Part shown: piece after piece, positions 55,199 to 64,000 of the stretch
How the letters are laid out: each line of letters begins with the position of its first letter
How positions within the stretch are numbered: position 1 is the first letter of the stretch
Source of the DNA: Calditrichota bacterium
GTDB lineage: Bacteria > Calditrichota > Calditrichia > Calditrichales > J004
Direction of reading: 5' to 3'
DNA: 64,000 nucleotides
Assembly: GCA_963723365.1 (NCBI GenBank)
Contig: CAVRRG010000079.1
Span: 1,382-65,381, forward strand
Translations under genes and position numbers: made by a program
Notes under the pieces: model-generated
What the model was told of the DNA's origin: nothing
The model's input: the letters and a program-made list of their open reading frames with translations, nothing else
The model's database searches: none

Positions 55199-56218
55199 CT
55201 AGCCACCTATTTGAGCCATTGATATATTGCCGTTCAAAGATCGGCTTTCTGATTCAAATCCATCTTTTGCGCGTTTCATAACCGCTTGAACAATTTTCTT
55301 CCTGATCTCTTCGTCCGCTGCACCTGCCCGCAGCAGTTGTTTGAGGTTTAAAGCAATTCTGTCGTATAAGCAGGTTTTTAACATACCGTCTGCCGTTAAA
55401 CGAAGCCTATTGCATGCTCCGCAAAAAGAACGCGAATATCCGGCTATGATCCCAATCCTACCCTGATAACCTTTAATATTAAATATCCTGGCAGTTGAAG
55501 TGACATCTGTTATTTGCGGAGTAAGTTTATATTCTTTTTCTAATCTGGATTCAATTTGATCTGCTGTGATAATATTTGAATCAAATTGTCCACCACTAAA
55601 TGGCATCTGTTCAATAAATCGAACTTCAATGGGATAATTTTTTGTTAATTCACAAAAGGCAAGTATTTCATCTTCGTTTATACCGGCCATTACGACCATG
55701 TTTATTTTAACGGGTAAACGTAAAGAGATGGCTTGCTGCAAGTTAGTGTAAACAACATTAAAATCATCACGCCGTGTGATTTGAAAGAATTTATCTTTAT
55801 TTAATGAATCCAGGCTGATATTCAGGCTGCCTAACTTGAGGAAATTAAATTCTTTCAAATGCTCGGATATAAGGACTGCATTTGTTGTGAGATTGAGAGA
55901 ATTTATTTTTTCTTTTGCATTTACGCTCTTTATGAAATCAAACGCTCCTTTTCTTACAAAAGGCTCGCCACCTGTTATTCTAATTTTATTGATACCTAAA
56001 GCAAGAAATATTTCAATACTGCGATCCATCTCTTCATATGATAAAAGATGTTGGCGACTTTTTAAAGGAATTCCTTCGGCAGGCATACAATAGGTACAAC
56101 GCAAATTACACCTTTCTGTAATAGCCAATCGCAGGTAATCCAATTTTCTGCCAAATGGATCTGTTAATGAAAAATGTTCAGGTACGCTATGAGACTGAAT
56201 TCGTGACACTGAATCCAT
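55199..56218 (-). CDS. moaA: GTP 3',8-cyclase MoaA (radical SAM). Start reassigned to the ATG at 56218
   Basis: FGRKLDYLRLAITERCNLRCTYCMP, C-terminal CGACNRLRLTADG...GG. The longer track ORF (to 56296) would run through the riboswitch. Confidence 0.9.
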   Translation of the reverse strand: MDSVSRIQSHSVPEHFSLTDPFGRKLDYLRLAITERCNLRCTYCMPAEGIPLKSRQHLLSYEEMDRSIEIFLALGINKIRITGGEPFVRKGAFDFIKSVNAKEKINSLNLTTNAVLISEHLKEFNFLKLGSLNISLDSLNKDKFFQITRRDDFNVVYTNLQQAISLRLPVKINMVVMAGINEDEILAFCELTKNYPIEVRFIEQMPFSGGQFDSNIITADQIESRLEKEYKLTPQITDVTSTARIFNIKGYQGRIGIIAGYSRSFCGACNRLRLTADGMLKTCLYDRIALNLKQLLRAGAADEEIRKKIVQAVMKRAKDGFESESRSLNGNISMAQIGG

Positions 56219-56220
56219 GG

Positions 56221-56322
56221 CACTCCTTTCCAAGTACGGGAGGCTATGCTGTTTCCGGCACAACCCTGTCGGCATTAAACCATTGCCTTCCGGCAAGAAG
56301 GTTTTTCAGCTCGGAGTTTATA
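56221..56322 (-). promoter_or_regulatory. Moco (molybdenum cofactor) riboswitch in the moaA leader
   Basis: The minus strand reads aaaCUCCGAGCug...GCCGGAAGGC...AUGCCgacaggguugUGCCGGAAACagcauAGCCUCCCguacuuGGAAAGGAGugccAUG. The CCGAGC, AGCCUCCC and GGAAAGGAG blocks are as I recall them from the Moco RNA motif, with the RBS inside the closing helix. Confidence 0.7.
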
Positions 56323-56333
56323 ATATTTTTAAT

Positions 56334-56951
56334 TTACAGTTTTTCTTTCAAATCTCTAAAACCAGATTGATAGAAACTTGTTTCCAAAGAATTTAAATCA
56401 TTTTTATAATTGATGTTCTCAAACCAAAGTGAATTATAGCCCGGAACTCTGGAAAGGTCTATCTCTACTGCGTTTAACATTTTAAGAAGAAAATGTAACC
56501 GGAAATCTTTTTTATCAATTTGATTTTTCATTGCCGCTAAGTTTTCAATAGGCCAGATACTTACAAGTGGTTCAATACCAGCCTCTGATTTTGCAACTAT
56601 GGGGTGTCCCTCTTTGCAGGAAGCATACAGAAAACGATAAACGCTAATTGGTAACAAAGGCATATCCACTGGCAGGATAGCAACCCATTTTTTGTGTGAG
56701 AAATGCAAAGCGGTATATATTCCACCCAGCGGGCCGCAATTTTCTACTAAATCCCTAAAAAGTGGAATAGGTTTTTTTAATGCACTGCGTTGCAAATTAC
56801 CCACAATAATGATGTCGTCCGATATGTGACTAATTTTTTCTACTGCAGAATCAAGTAGAGATTTGCCATTATAAAGTGCGTTTTGTTTAGGTGATCCAAA
56901 ACGTTCACTTTTTCCGCCCGCAATCAGGGCTGCTGTTACATGTGCTAACAT
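56334..56951 (-). CDS. mobA: Molybdenum cofactor guanylyltransferase MobA
   Basis: AALIAGGKSERFGSPK...PLGGIYTAL...VAILPVDMPLL. Confidence 0.85.
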   Translation of the reverse strand: MLAHVTAALIAGGKSERFGSPKQNALYNGKSLLDSAVEKISHISDDIIIVGNLQRSALKKPIPLFRDLVENCGPLGGIYTALHFSHKKWVAILPVDMPLLPISVYRFLYASCKEGHPIVAKSEAGIEPLVSIWPIENLAAMKNQIDKKDFRLHFLLKMLNAVEIDLSRVPGYNSLWFENINYKNDLNSLETSFYQSGFRDLKEKL

Positions 56952-57021
56952 AGTTCAAAGGTAAGAGAATTGGGGTCTAACTTCCAGTAATTTTGACCTA
57001 GAAAGATATATATTCAGGTAA

Positions 57022-57050
57022 TAAAAAAAGCCCCTGGCTGGCAGAGGCTT
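57022..57050 (-). terminator. Probable terminator after htpG (imperfect 9-bp stem plus a T7 run on the minus strand)
   Basis: aaaaaaaGCCCCTGgctggCAGAGGCtt read directly. One mismatch in the stem. Confidence 0.5.
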
Positions 57051-57068
57051 TTACATATAAATGAAAGA

Positions 57069-59006
57069 CTACTTATTCGCCGGATGCCATGAACTGGATT
57101 TTTCCAGGACCTCGTTGATCCTGTTAACCAGCTTGTGCGGATCACTTAAATAACCCTCTAACAAAAGCGCGGATTCATACATTTGTTCTACCGCATTGGC
57201 AATAAATTCATCCCTTGGATCTTTTTTATAAATAATTAACAGGTTTCTTGTAAGCGGGTGATCCTTGTTAATCTCCATAACTTTTGGCGGTACTGTCATA
57301 TCTTTATTCATCATTTGCATCATTTTATGCATGTGAGAAGACATACTTCCATCTGGATTGACAAGGCAAGAGGGGCTGTCATGCAAACGTTTCGATTCTT
57401 TTACTTCTGTTACTCTATCCCCCAATACATCCTTAAAACGTTTTAACAGTTTTTCAAAAAGCTTTTCATCTGTCTTGCTTAAATTTTTAGGTTCTTCATC
57501 ATCTTTTTTCTTTTTGGCTTTATCCTTAAATGAATCCAGTTTACCTAAGTCTGCCTGCTCAACGGCTGTTAAATCAAAGTCTTTATACTTACCCAAACCA
57601 CTTAAAGCAAATTCGTCTACCGGCTCATAAAGATAAAAAACTTCTATTCCCTTGCTCTTGAATATTTCAAGATGCGGATCAGATTCTACTCCTGCTCTGC
57701 TTGCACCCGTTAAATAGTAAATATCTTTTTGATCCTTTTTCACGCGCTCAACATATTCGTCTAAAGAAGTTAGCTCATCTGCATTTTTACTTACGGATGA
57801 ATTGAACCTCAATAATTCTGCAAATTTATCTTTGTTCGCAAAATCCTGGTAGCCAAACTTGAATACTTTGCCATGTTCTTTCCAAAATTCTTCAAATTTC
57901 TCTTTTTCTTTTTGGGCTCTTTTTGCTAAATGATTTAAAATTTGTTTTACCAAAGCTGTTGAAATCTTCTTAATAACAAGGTTTTCCTGAAGCGTCTCGC
58001 GGGAGATATTCAAAGGTACATCCGGCGATTCAACCATCCCCCGGCAAAAGGCCAGATATTCAGGGATCAGATCTTTGTTTTTATTCTGAATCAGAACGCC
58101 ATTCACGTATAAATCCAGTCCGCGATCTTCACGCTGCGCGCCAAACATATCAAACACCTGTTTTGGAATAAATACCAGCGCATTAAACTGCACGGGAGCG
58201 TCTACAGCAACATGGATTGTATCCATCGGCTCCTGGTAATCGTGACTTATAAATTTATAAAATTCGTCGTATTGTTCTTGTTTGATTTTGAATTTTGGTT
58301 CGCGCCATAGAGCAACAACCGAATTGACTTTTTCGCCCCCCACATTAATCGGGAAATTAACAAAGTTAGAGTGTTTTTTTATGGTCTCTTTTATTTTATC
58401 ACTTTTGGCAAAATCAGCAGCATCTTCACGCAGGCTGATTTCAATAGAAGTACCGCGCTTAACCTTTTCATCCAAAACGTCGAGGTTGAAACTGCCTAAT
58501 CCGTCAGATGTCCAACGAATGGCAGCTGCATCTTTTTTAAATGATTTTGATGTGACCACAACTTTTTCGGCAGCCATAAACACAGAGTAAAAGCCTACCC
58601 CGAATTTGCCAATTATGGCAGAGGCATCGTCTTTTTTATCCTTTTTATCTTTTTTCTCTTTTTTGCCATTTTCAGACATCATGCTCAAAAAGGCTTCCGT
58701 CCCTGATTTAGCGATTGTACCCAGATTGGTTACAATTTCCTCTTCAGTCATCCCGATACCGCTATCTGAAATGGTGATTTGTTTAGCGTTTTCATCGACT
58801 TCAATATTTATTGCCAGCTCAAGATCCGGATCCGCCATAGCAGTTCCTCTGGTTGATTCAAATCTTAATTTATCTAAGGCATCAGAGGCATTTGATATAA
58901 GTTCACGTAAGAATATTTCTCTGTTTGAGTATAACGAATGAACCAAAATATCTAGAAGTTTATTTACCTCAGCTTTGAATTTTAATTTTTTACTTTTTGC
59001 AGCCAA
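57069..59006 (-). CDS. htpG: Molecular chaperone HtpG (Hsp90)
   Basis: FKAEVNKLLDILVHSLYSNREIFLRELISNASDALDKLRF...IGKFGVGFYS. Confidence 0.95.
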   Translation of the reverse strand: MAAKSKKLKFKAEVNKLLDILVHSLYSNREIFLRELISNASDALDKLRFESTRGTAMADPDLELAINIEVDENAKQITISDSGIGMTEEEIVTNLGTIAKSGTEAFLSMMSENGKKEKKDKKDKKDDASAIIGKFGVGFYSVFMAAEKVVVTSKSFKKDAAAIRWTSDGLGSFNLDVLDEKVKRGTSIEISLREDAADFAKSDKIKETIKKHSNFVNFPINVGGEKVNSVVALWREPKFKIKQEQYDEFYKFISHDYQEPMDTIHVAVDAPVQFNALVFIPKQVFDMFGAQREDRGLDLYVNGVLIQNKNKDLIPEYLAFCRGMVESPDVPLNISRETLQENLVIKKISTALVKQILNHLAKRAQKEKEKFEEFWKEHGKVFKFGYQDFANKDKFAELLRFNSSVSKNADELTSLDEYVERVKKDQKDIYYLTGASRAGVESDPHLEIFKSKGIEVFYLYEPVDEFALSGLGKYKDFDLTAVEQADLGKLDSFKDKAKKKKDDEEPKNLSKTDEKLFEKLLKRFKDVLGDRVTEVKESKRLHDSPSCLVNPDGSMSSHMHKMMQMMNKDMTVPPKVMEINKDHPLTRNLLIIYKKDPRDEFIANAVEQMYESALLLEGYLSDPHKLVNRINEVLEKSSSWHPANK

Positions 59007-59128
59007 TTTATTTCTCCTTATAACTATTAACTATTTAACCGACTAATAACGAACGGCGGAAATTTACACACTATATTTTTCAAATCAAGTAGTTTATTTA
59101 AAATAAAAAACCCGATTAAAAACCGGGT

Positions 59129-59674
59129 TTATGCAAGCAGTTTTGATATCAGAGATCGTAGCGTTTTCAAAAAGGCCTCACCATCTTTAAAGCCCTTTTT
59201 TACTAGTTGGATTTTTCCCTCTTTATCAATAACGATGAGCCTGGGAAGAGAAGTCGCTCCATATTTTTCAGACGTTTGCTGGTAACGATCATGCAGGACT
59301 TTTAATTTTATATCATTCAAAGCCAGAAATTCCATAAGTTTTTCTCTTTCTTCACCAACATCAACCAGAAAAAACTTTATGGATTGATCTTTAAATTCCT
59401 GCTGCAACTGTTCTAAATATGGAATTTCTTTTTTGCAGGGCCCGCACCATGTCGCAAAAAAACTAACAACCACAACATGTTTAATTTTGTTTTTCCAGGG
59501 TTTACGCAATTTCTCGCCACTAAAGTCTCTTAAAAAAACATATTTATTATTAAGATCAGGCAGTGAAAATGCAGGCGCTTCATCTCCTTCTTTTAATTCT
59601 ACTTTAGCCGTCTGTGAAAAAGAGGCACTGCAAATTGAAAAGCTAATTACTATTAATACAAACAATTTCTTCAT
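59129..59674 (-). CDS. TlpA/ResA-like periplasmic thiol:disulfide oxidoreductase
   Basis: Signal peptide. FFATWCGPCKKEIPYL thioredoxin active site. Confidence 0.8.
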   Translation of the reverse strand: MKKLFVLIVISFSICSASFSQTAKVELKEGDEAPAFSLPDLNNKYVFLRDFSGEKLRKPWKNKIKHVVVVSFFATWCGPCKKEIPYLEQLQQEFKDQSIKFFLVDVGEEREKLMEFLALNDIKLKVLHDRYQQTSEKYGATSLPRLIVIDKEGKIQLVKKGFKDGEAFLKTLRSLISKLLA

Positions 59675-59737
59675 TTACTGTCCTTAGTATTTTCTGAATA
59701 AGCGGCGGGAAATGTACGAATAAATAACTAATTAAAC

Positions 59738-59774
59738 AAAAAAGGCAGGGAATTGCTACCCTGCCCTTTTTTTT
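59738..59774. terminator. Hairpin GGCAGGG/CCCTGCC flanked by A- and T-runs; terminator after the SGNH lipoprotein gene
   Basis: Read directly from the sequence: aaaaaaGGCAGGGaattgctaCCCTGCCcttttttttt. Confidence 0.6.
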
Positions 59775-59787
59775 AAATAATCGTGAA

Positions 59788-61194
59788 TTATCTGCCGCTG
59801 AACATTTTAACTACATTGTGAAATGCATCGGGGTGGAACTTGATCTGGTTTATATTGATCTCATTTGTTCTTTTTGCCAGTTGATCTGTGATATTCACCA
59901 TGGGTATAGTGGCATCAAACTCTTCATTTATGGTCATAATAAAGCGATTGGCAATTATTGAATACCCCAGGTCTGACGGATGGACACCATCCAGGCTGAA
60001 TAAGTTACCCGTTAAAAATGAAGTGGTAAAATTAAGACCGCCGGCATTGTAGCCGTTGGCAGCCACATCATTAAAAAAGCTGTTCATATCGACCACCTGG
60101 ATGCCTCTTGCCGCAGCAAGCGTGGCAATAGCGCTATTGAAATCTGCAACAGCCTGTGAGGCAATGGCTATTTCAGCAGCATCTAAAACAACCTCATCCG
60201 GTAATGGTAAATCCGTGCCGCCCAGTGAAGCAGGAACGCCAAGGCCTTGTCCTAAAGCTGCCGCAGCTGTCAGTAAAACCAAATCCGCACCGGGTGTAAC
60301 CCCTAATAATGGTACAGGATTACCGCCAACCAAAAGAAGATCGTTAGTCTCCGGGTTAAGTAAATAAGGCGGTACCGTTGTAAAATAAGGAATAGCTGTT
60401 ACATCGGGTATATTTGCTACAACTATATCAGCGCCAAGGGCTTGTAAAGAATCCAACAGCTGGCCATAAAGAAAAGTGAATGTTGGCGCATCTGTTGGAG
60501 CGGGAGGAAATGTACCTCCGCTTGTGGCATACCCCAGAACATCATTGTTACCAATCCAGCAGGTAATAAAGGTAGGTGCACCCGCTCCTAAACCGCTGGC
60601 CTGCTGAACAGCATTTGTATTTCCAAGCTGCGGATTACGTAAAATAATATCAAAAAAGTTGTTCCCGGATAAACTTGTAGCCGCATCATAAGAGCCTAAC
60701 ATTTCAAAAGTTAAAGCACCGGGAATGCCAAGGTTATTATAAGGTGCCGGGTAATCTCTGATGGTACTGGAAATCCAGGGCATAAAAGGATTAAAATCAG
60801 GATGATTTGCAAACAATTCGGGAGTTATAACTGGATCGGGATTTATAGTATTAGGAGTTGCCGGATTATCCAGAAATGTGAGTTCCAGAATTCCAGCGGG
60901 ATTTGTAGTATCGCTGGAATAAGCTCCAATACCGGGGTATCCTAATAATGGTTGGATGAATGATCCGCCAACTCCTGCCTGTGTAGCTATTTGCAGTGGA
61001 TAACTTTTAAGTTGGCGGCTTTCGGTTAAAGCGCCAGATTGATAACCGGCTGTTAAACTATTTCCAATAGCCACATATCGGGTAAAGTCTGCATTGCCCA
61101 AAGTTAATTTTGTGGATGTTGTACCTGGCTCATCAAGAGAACATCCAAAAAACACCATCAATAATAATATAGAAATATATTTTAAAATTTTCAT
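59788..61194 (-). CDS. SGNH/GDSL-type hydrolase lipoprotein (start moved to MKILKY...)
   Basis: Lipobox LLLMVFFGC. SGNH blocks IGNSLTAGY, WIGNNDVLGY, LDGVHPS. AGGAGA RBS 8 nt upstream of the ATG at 61194. Confidence 0.65.
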   Translation of the reverse strand: MKILKYISILLLMVFFGCSLDEPGTTSTKLTLGNADFTRYVAIGNSLTAGYQSGALTESRQLKSYPLQIATQAGVGGSFIQPLLGYPGIGAYSSDTTNPAGILELTFLDNPATPNTINPDPVITPELFANHPDFNPFMPWISSTIRDYPAPYNNLGIPGALTFEMLGSYDAATSLSGNNFFDIILRNPQLGNTNAVQQASGLGAGAPTFITCWIGNNDVLGYATSGGTFPPAPTDAPTFTFLYGQLLDSLQALGADIVVANIPDVTAIPYFTTVPPYLLNPETNDLLLVGGNPVPLLGVTPGADLVLLTAAAALGQGLGVPASLGGTDLPLPDEVVLDAAEIAIASQAVADFNSAIATLAAARGIQVVDMNSFFNDVAANGYNAGGLNFTTSFLTGNLFSLDGVHPSDLGYSIIANRFIMTINEEFDATIPMVNITDQLAKRTNEININQIKFHPDAFHNVVKMFSGR

Positions 61195-61210
61195 ACATAT
61201 TCTCCTGTTT

Positions 61211-62464
61211 TTATAAGCCAAACTCAACACTTACACCAAAAAGATTCCCAATACCGGTGTAAATGCCATTCATTGCTTCAACACTGTTAGTTATTTTGCG
61301 GTCTTCCTGGCTTAAAAGCATATAAAATCCATCAATTGTAATGTTATCTATTGTATATCCAAAACCGATAGAATAAAGGTTACGGTCACCCTCAGGTAAT
61401 GAAGGTTCCAGTCTGTTGTCAGGTGCGGCATGATTATCTCTTATATAACCAAGACGAATTGCCATGTTGCTTTCTATCAGGTATTCTACACCAAAGCGCA
61501 AACTATATGAATCTTCATACTCTCTTTCAGAAGTTGTTTCGGTTGATCCCCCAACGGCCTCATCAAATTTAACCGTAAGTTTGTCATAAGAACTCCAGCC
61601 CAGCTGCAGCCAGTCAAACTCCGCAACCAGTTTATCTGTAAACTGATATGCAACACCAAAGCCTAAACTTGTGGGCAGTTCCAGATCAGCACTTCCTTTT
61701 GTATCCGGGAAAATAGCCGCTAATTCAGCAGCAATAACCGGATTTCCTGTGGCTGGAAAATCGAAGGTGGCGTCACCATCTTCAAATTCCAATAATACAT
61801 TTCCGCGGTGAATCAGGCCAAGGGTAAGTTCCGGCATGGGCTTATATTGCAGGGCAACATTATATCCCCAGCCTGTGGTACTGGCCTCAAGCTTTGAGTC
61901 TCCCAGTAAATCGCGTGGTCCAAAATAAATCGCCCGTTCCAAAAGCACTGTGCCATAAACAAAACTAAAGCCTGCGGCAACTGAAAGACCATCCATTACC
62001 TGATAAGCCACAACAGGATTAAGAAAAAAGGTTTGAATTTCTGACTTGGTAGCCAGCTGTTTACCTACCCAGTCCTTATCCCATTCTGAACCCAATCCAA
62101 ATGCAGTGAAAAAACCAAAACCGGCAGTCAATTTATCATCAATTTGGTAGGTAGCATATAAAGTTGATGGCGGGAAAACCCCTTTTTCAGCTTCAGTGTA
62201 TAAATTAGGATCTATATTTGTAGGTCCCTGAAAACCAAAAGTAGGCATAATAATTGTAGTTCCTAATCCCAGCTTCGTCCCTTCAAGACTTGTAATACCG
62301 GCCGGATTATAAAAAACGGCGGAAACATCATTTGCCTGGGCAATAAATGCACCACCCAGTGCCGAAGCTTTTGCACCCTGTTCATAAATAGAAAAACCGG
62401 ATCCAAAAACCATTGAAGCAGATAACACGATGGATGATACCATCAACGATAATTTTTTATGCAT
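61211..62464 (-). CDS. FadL/OMPP1/TodX-family outer-membrane hydrophobic-compound transporter
   Basis: GSGFSIYEQGAKASALGGAFIAQANDVSAVFYNPAGI N-terminal hatch signature. Beta-barrel pattern, C-terminal ...GVSVEFGL. Confidence 0.8.
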   Translation of the reverse strand: MHKKLSLMVSSIVLSASMVFGSGFSIYEQGAKASALGGAFIAQANDVSAVFYNPAGITSLEGTKLGLGTTIIMPTFGFQGPTNIDPNLYTEAEKGVFPPSTLYATYQIDDKLTAGFGFFTAFGLGSEWDKDWVGKQLATKSEIQTFFLNPVVAYQVMDGLSVAAGFSFVYGTVLLERAIYFGPRDLLGDSKLEASTTGWGYNVALQYKPMPELTLGLIHRGNVLLEFEDGDATFDFPATGNPVIAAELAAIFPDTKGSADLELPTSLGFGVAYQFTDKLVAEFDWLQLGWSSYDKLTVKFDEAVGGSTETTSEREYEDSYSLRFGVEYLIESNMAIRLGYIRDNHAAPDNRLEPSLPEGDRNLYSIGFGYTIDNITIDGFYMLLSQEDRKITNSVEAMNGIYTGIGNLFGVSVEFGL

Positions 62465-62688
62465 AATGCCTCCATAAAAGTAATGAATGGTTTATTTTTT
62501 TTATAAGGTAGTTGGTGTTATTAAAGTCTATAAAACAAGAGAAAGTACAAGAAGCTGGCTCTAAAGTCAATCATTATTGGAACGCGAACCAAACGTATTA
62601 TTTTTTTTTAACGCTTGATTAATTGCCGATTGAACTTTAAAAGTGTAAATTTCGTTAACACTATTTTAGAATGGTTTAAACCCAAATT

Positions 62689-64000
62689 ATGAGTTTTACA
62701 AAATCTTTTTTCTTTCTATTTGTATTTTTTATTTCGCTTGGGTTTGGCAGGTTTCAAAATGATACTTCTTTTACGATGCTGCAATCTAATCAGATCACAG
62801 GGATGATTCCAAATGTAAGCGATGCTTACGGGGTAGTTTTTCGGGATCTTAATGATGATACCCATCCGGATCTTTACTTCACGTGTTTTAGAAGTCTTAA
62901 TCGGTTATTGATAAATAATGGCGGAATTATTCCTTTTGTAGACAGGACAATTTATTCCGGGACAGGCGGTTTCTTAATGGTCACCGGCAATAAAAACCTG
63001 GAGCTGGGGGCTAGCACCGCCGACTTTGACAATGACGGATTACCCGATTTGTTTCTGGCGGGATGGGGTAAAGCCAGCAAACTTTTTAGAAATACCGGTG
63101 GTGTATCCTTTGAAGATGTAACCGAAAATCTGAATCTTCAGGGCACTATAGATGCCAATCAGGGTTTATGGTTTGATGCAGATAATGATGGTTATTTAGA
63201 TCTATATATATCTGACCAGCATTACAGTAACCGCTTGTTTAAAAACCTTCAAAACGGGTATTTTCAAGAGACCTTGTGGATTGATACTTTTATTGACAAT
63301 GCTGTAAGCCAAAGTGCAAGTAACTGTGATATCGATTTGGACGGGGATCAGGATTTATATGTATCAAATTGGTTCTATCCCGATTATTTACTTATAAATA
63401 ATGGTGATGGCTCATTCAACAAGAAAGAATTAGTCCTAACAACATTAACTGATTCAGTCTCTACCAACAGCTCTTCCTTCGCTGATTTAGACAATGATGG
63501 CGATCCCGATTTACTGGTAGCGGGTAACAATGGCTACGTCTATTATTATCAAAATATCTCTGACAGTTCCGGGATTAAATTCACAGAAATTACATCCCAT
63601 CCCTTTTATCACTTAAAAAACCGCATATTTGGAACGCTGATTGAAGATTTTAACCTGGATGGCTGGCTCGATTGTTTTATAACAACAAATGGCGAAAACC
63701 GCTTATATCTGAACGATGGACAGGGATCTTTTTTAAACAACTTTGATTCTGATTTTAAACAGACCTACAGCACAGGTTCTTCAGCTGCTGATATTGATCG
63801 TGATGGTGACCTGGACATTGTTGTATCAAATAAATTTGAAAATAGCCAGATTTATTTAAATCCCAGTAATACAAAAAAATATTTAAAGCTAAAATTTTTA
63901 GGCGTTGAATCAAACCGCGATGCAGTGGGAACAAAGGTATTTTTTTATTCACTGCAAGATACCATAAAAACTTTTTTAGGCTACAGAGAAGTTGGCGTTT
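62689..64000 (+). CDS. CRTAC1-family FG-GAP/VCBS repeat protein with the beginning of an ASPIC/UnbV domain. 3'-partial, runs off the window, and is absent from the ORF track
   Basis: My translation from the ATG at 62689 gives a signal peptide, then repeated DLNDDTHPDLYF / DFDNDGLPDLFLAG...LFRN / DADNDGYLDLYI / DLDNDGDPDLLVAG / DIDRDGDLDIVV blocks, then LKLKFLGVESNRDAVGTKVFFY. Confidence 0.8.
   Translation, partial: MSFTKSFFFLFVFFISLGFGRFQNDTSFTMLQSNQITGMIPNVSDAYGVVFRDLNDDTHPDLYFTCFRSLNRLLINNGGIIPFVDRTIYSGTGGFLMVTGNKNLELGASTADFDNDGLPDLFLAGWGKASKLFRNTGGVSFEDVTENLNLQGTIDANQGLWFDADNDGYLDLYISDQHYSNRLFKNLQNGYFQETLWIDTFIDNAVSQSASNCDIDLDGDQDLYVSNWFYPDYLLINNGDGSFNKKELVLTTLTDSVSTNSSSFADLDNDGDPDLLVAGNNGYVYYYQNISDSSGIKFTEITSHPFYHLKNRIFGTLIEDFNLDGWLDCFITTNGENRLYLNDGQGSFLNNFDSDFKQTYSTGSSAADIDRDGDLDIVVSNKFENSQIYLNPSNTKKYLKLKFLGVESNRDAVGTKVFFYSLQDTIKTFLGYREVGV

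Noticed and set aside
56219-56296. Longer moaA start (MPEGNGLMPTGLCRKQHSLPYLERSA...)
   Set aside because: The extension coincides with the Moco riboswitch helices. The internal ATG at 56218 sits just after the GGAAAGGAG RBS-containing element and gives a normal MoaA N-terminus.
63755-63952. 65-aa minus-strand ORF near the window end
   Set aside because: It lies antisense within the clearly coding CRTAC1/FG-GAP gene, which is open from 62689 to the window edge.

Overview
AT-rich bacterial chromosomal window. Several secreted proteins end in the T9SS C-terminal sorting domain ('NYPNPFNP...GIYFY...K'), so the source is probably an FCB-group-like organism such as Ignavibacteria or Calditrichia. 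That assignment is inference only.

Gene content, left to right:
- 1-5.4 kb: a giant repetitive surface protein broken by frameshifts.
- 5.7-10.3 kb: secreted and T9SS cargo proteins, plus a DUF59 gene coupled to a membrane protein.
- 10.5-11.0 kb: a mazEF toxin-antitoxin pair.
- 11.4-16.2 kb: two convergent SpoIIE/PP2C phosphatases.
- 16.5-21.8 kb: a 1755-aa mosaic T9SS cargo (LamG, beta-helix, metalloprotease, vWA-like, hexapeptide repeat).
- 22.6-26.6 kb: a ~4-kb islet bounded by tRNA-Phe and a degenerate copy of its 3' half. It carries an AbiE-like nucleotidyltransferase/wHTH pair.
- 26.8-29.0 kb: hpf, hprK and PTS EIIA/IIB(Man).
- 29.1-38.4 kb: xerC, topA, smg, recJ, a UvrD-like helicase with an embedded DEDDh exonuclease, and a holC-like gene.
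- 40.0-41.7 kb: a secreted Cys-repeat (KCGEGKCGEGK) HvfA/oxazolin-like peptide gene followed by two small OM beta-barrel genes.
- 41.8-49.6 kb: tpx, an MscS-like channel, a 1713-aa SLC12-type transporter fused to a long helical region and a P-loop ATPase, and a recQ-like helicase.
- 49.8-64.0 kb: a tandem Usp, TusA/DsrE-like sulfur carriers, a molybdopterin operon (mobA, Moco riboswitch, moaA-moaD-moeB-moaE), htpG, a TlpA-like thioredoxin, an SGNH lipoprotein with a FadL-like porin, and a partial CRTAC1/ASPIC protein.

The two most unusual items are the transporter-ATPase fusion with its coupled MscS-like gene, and the orphan HvfA-like peptide locus.

Caveat: at least 10 frameshifts interrupt conserved genes, concentrated at 26.8-37.9 kb and 0-2.1 kb. 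Where the site can be narrowed down it falls at a short homopolymer or GA repeat, so assembly indel errors are likely. No alignments or searches could be run. All calls rest on motif recognition in the supplied translations and on my own reading of the DNA.
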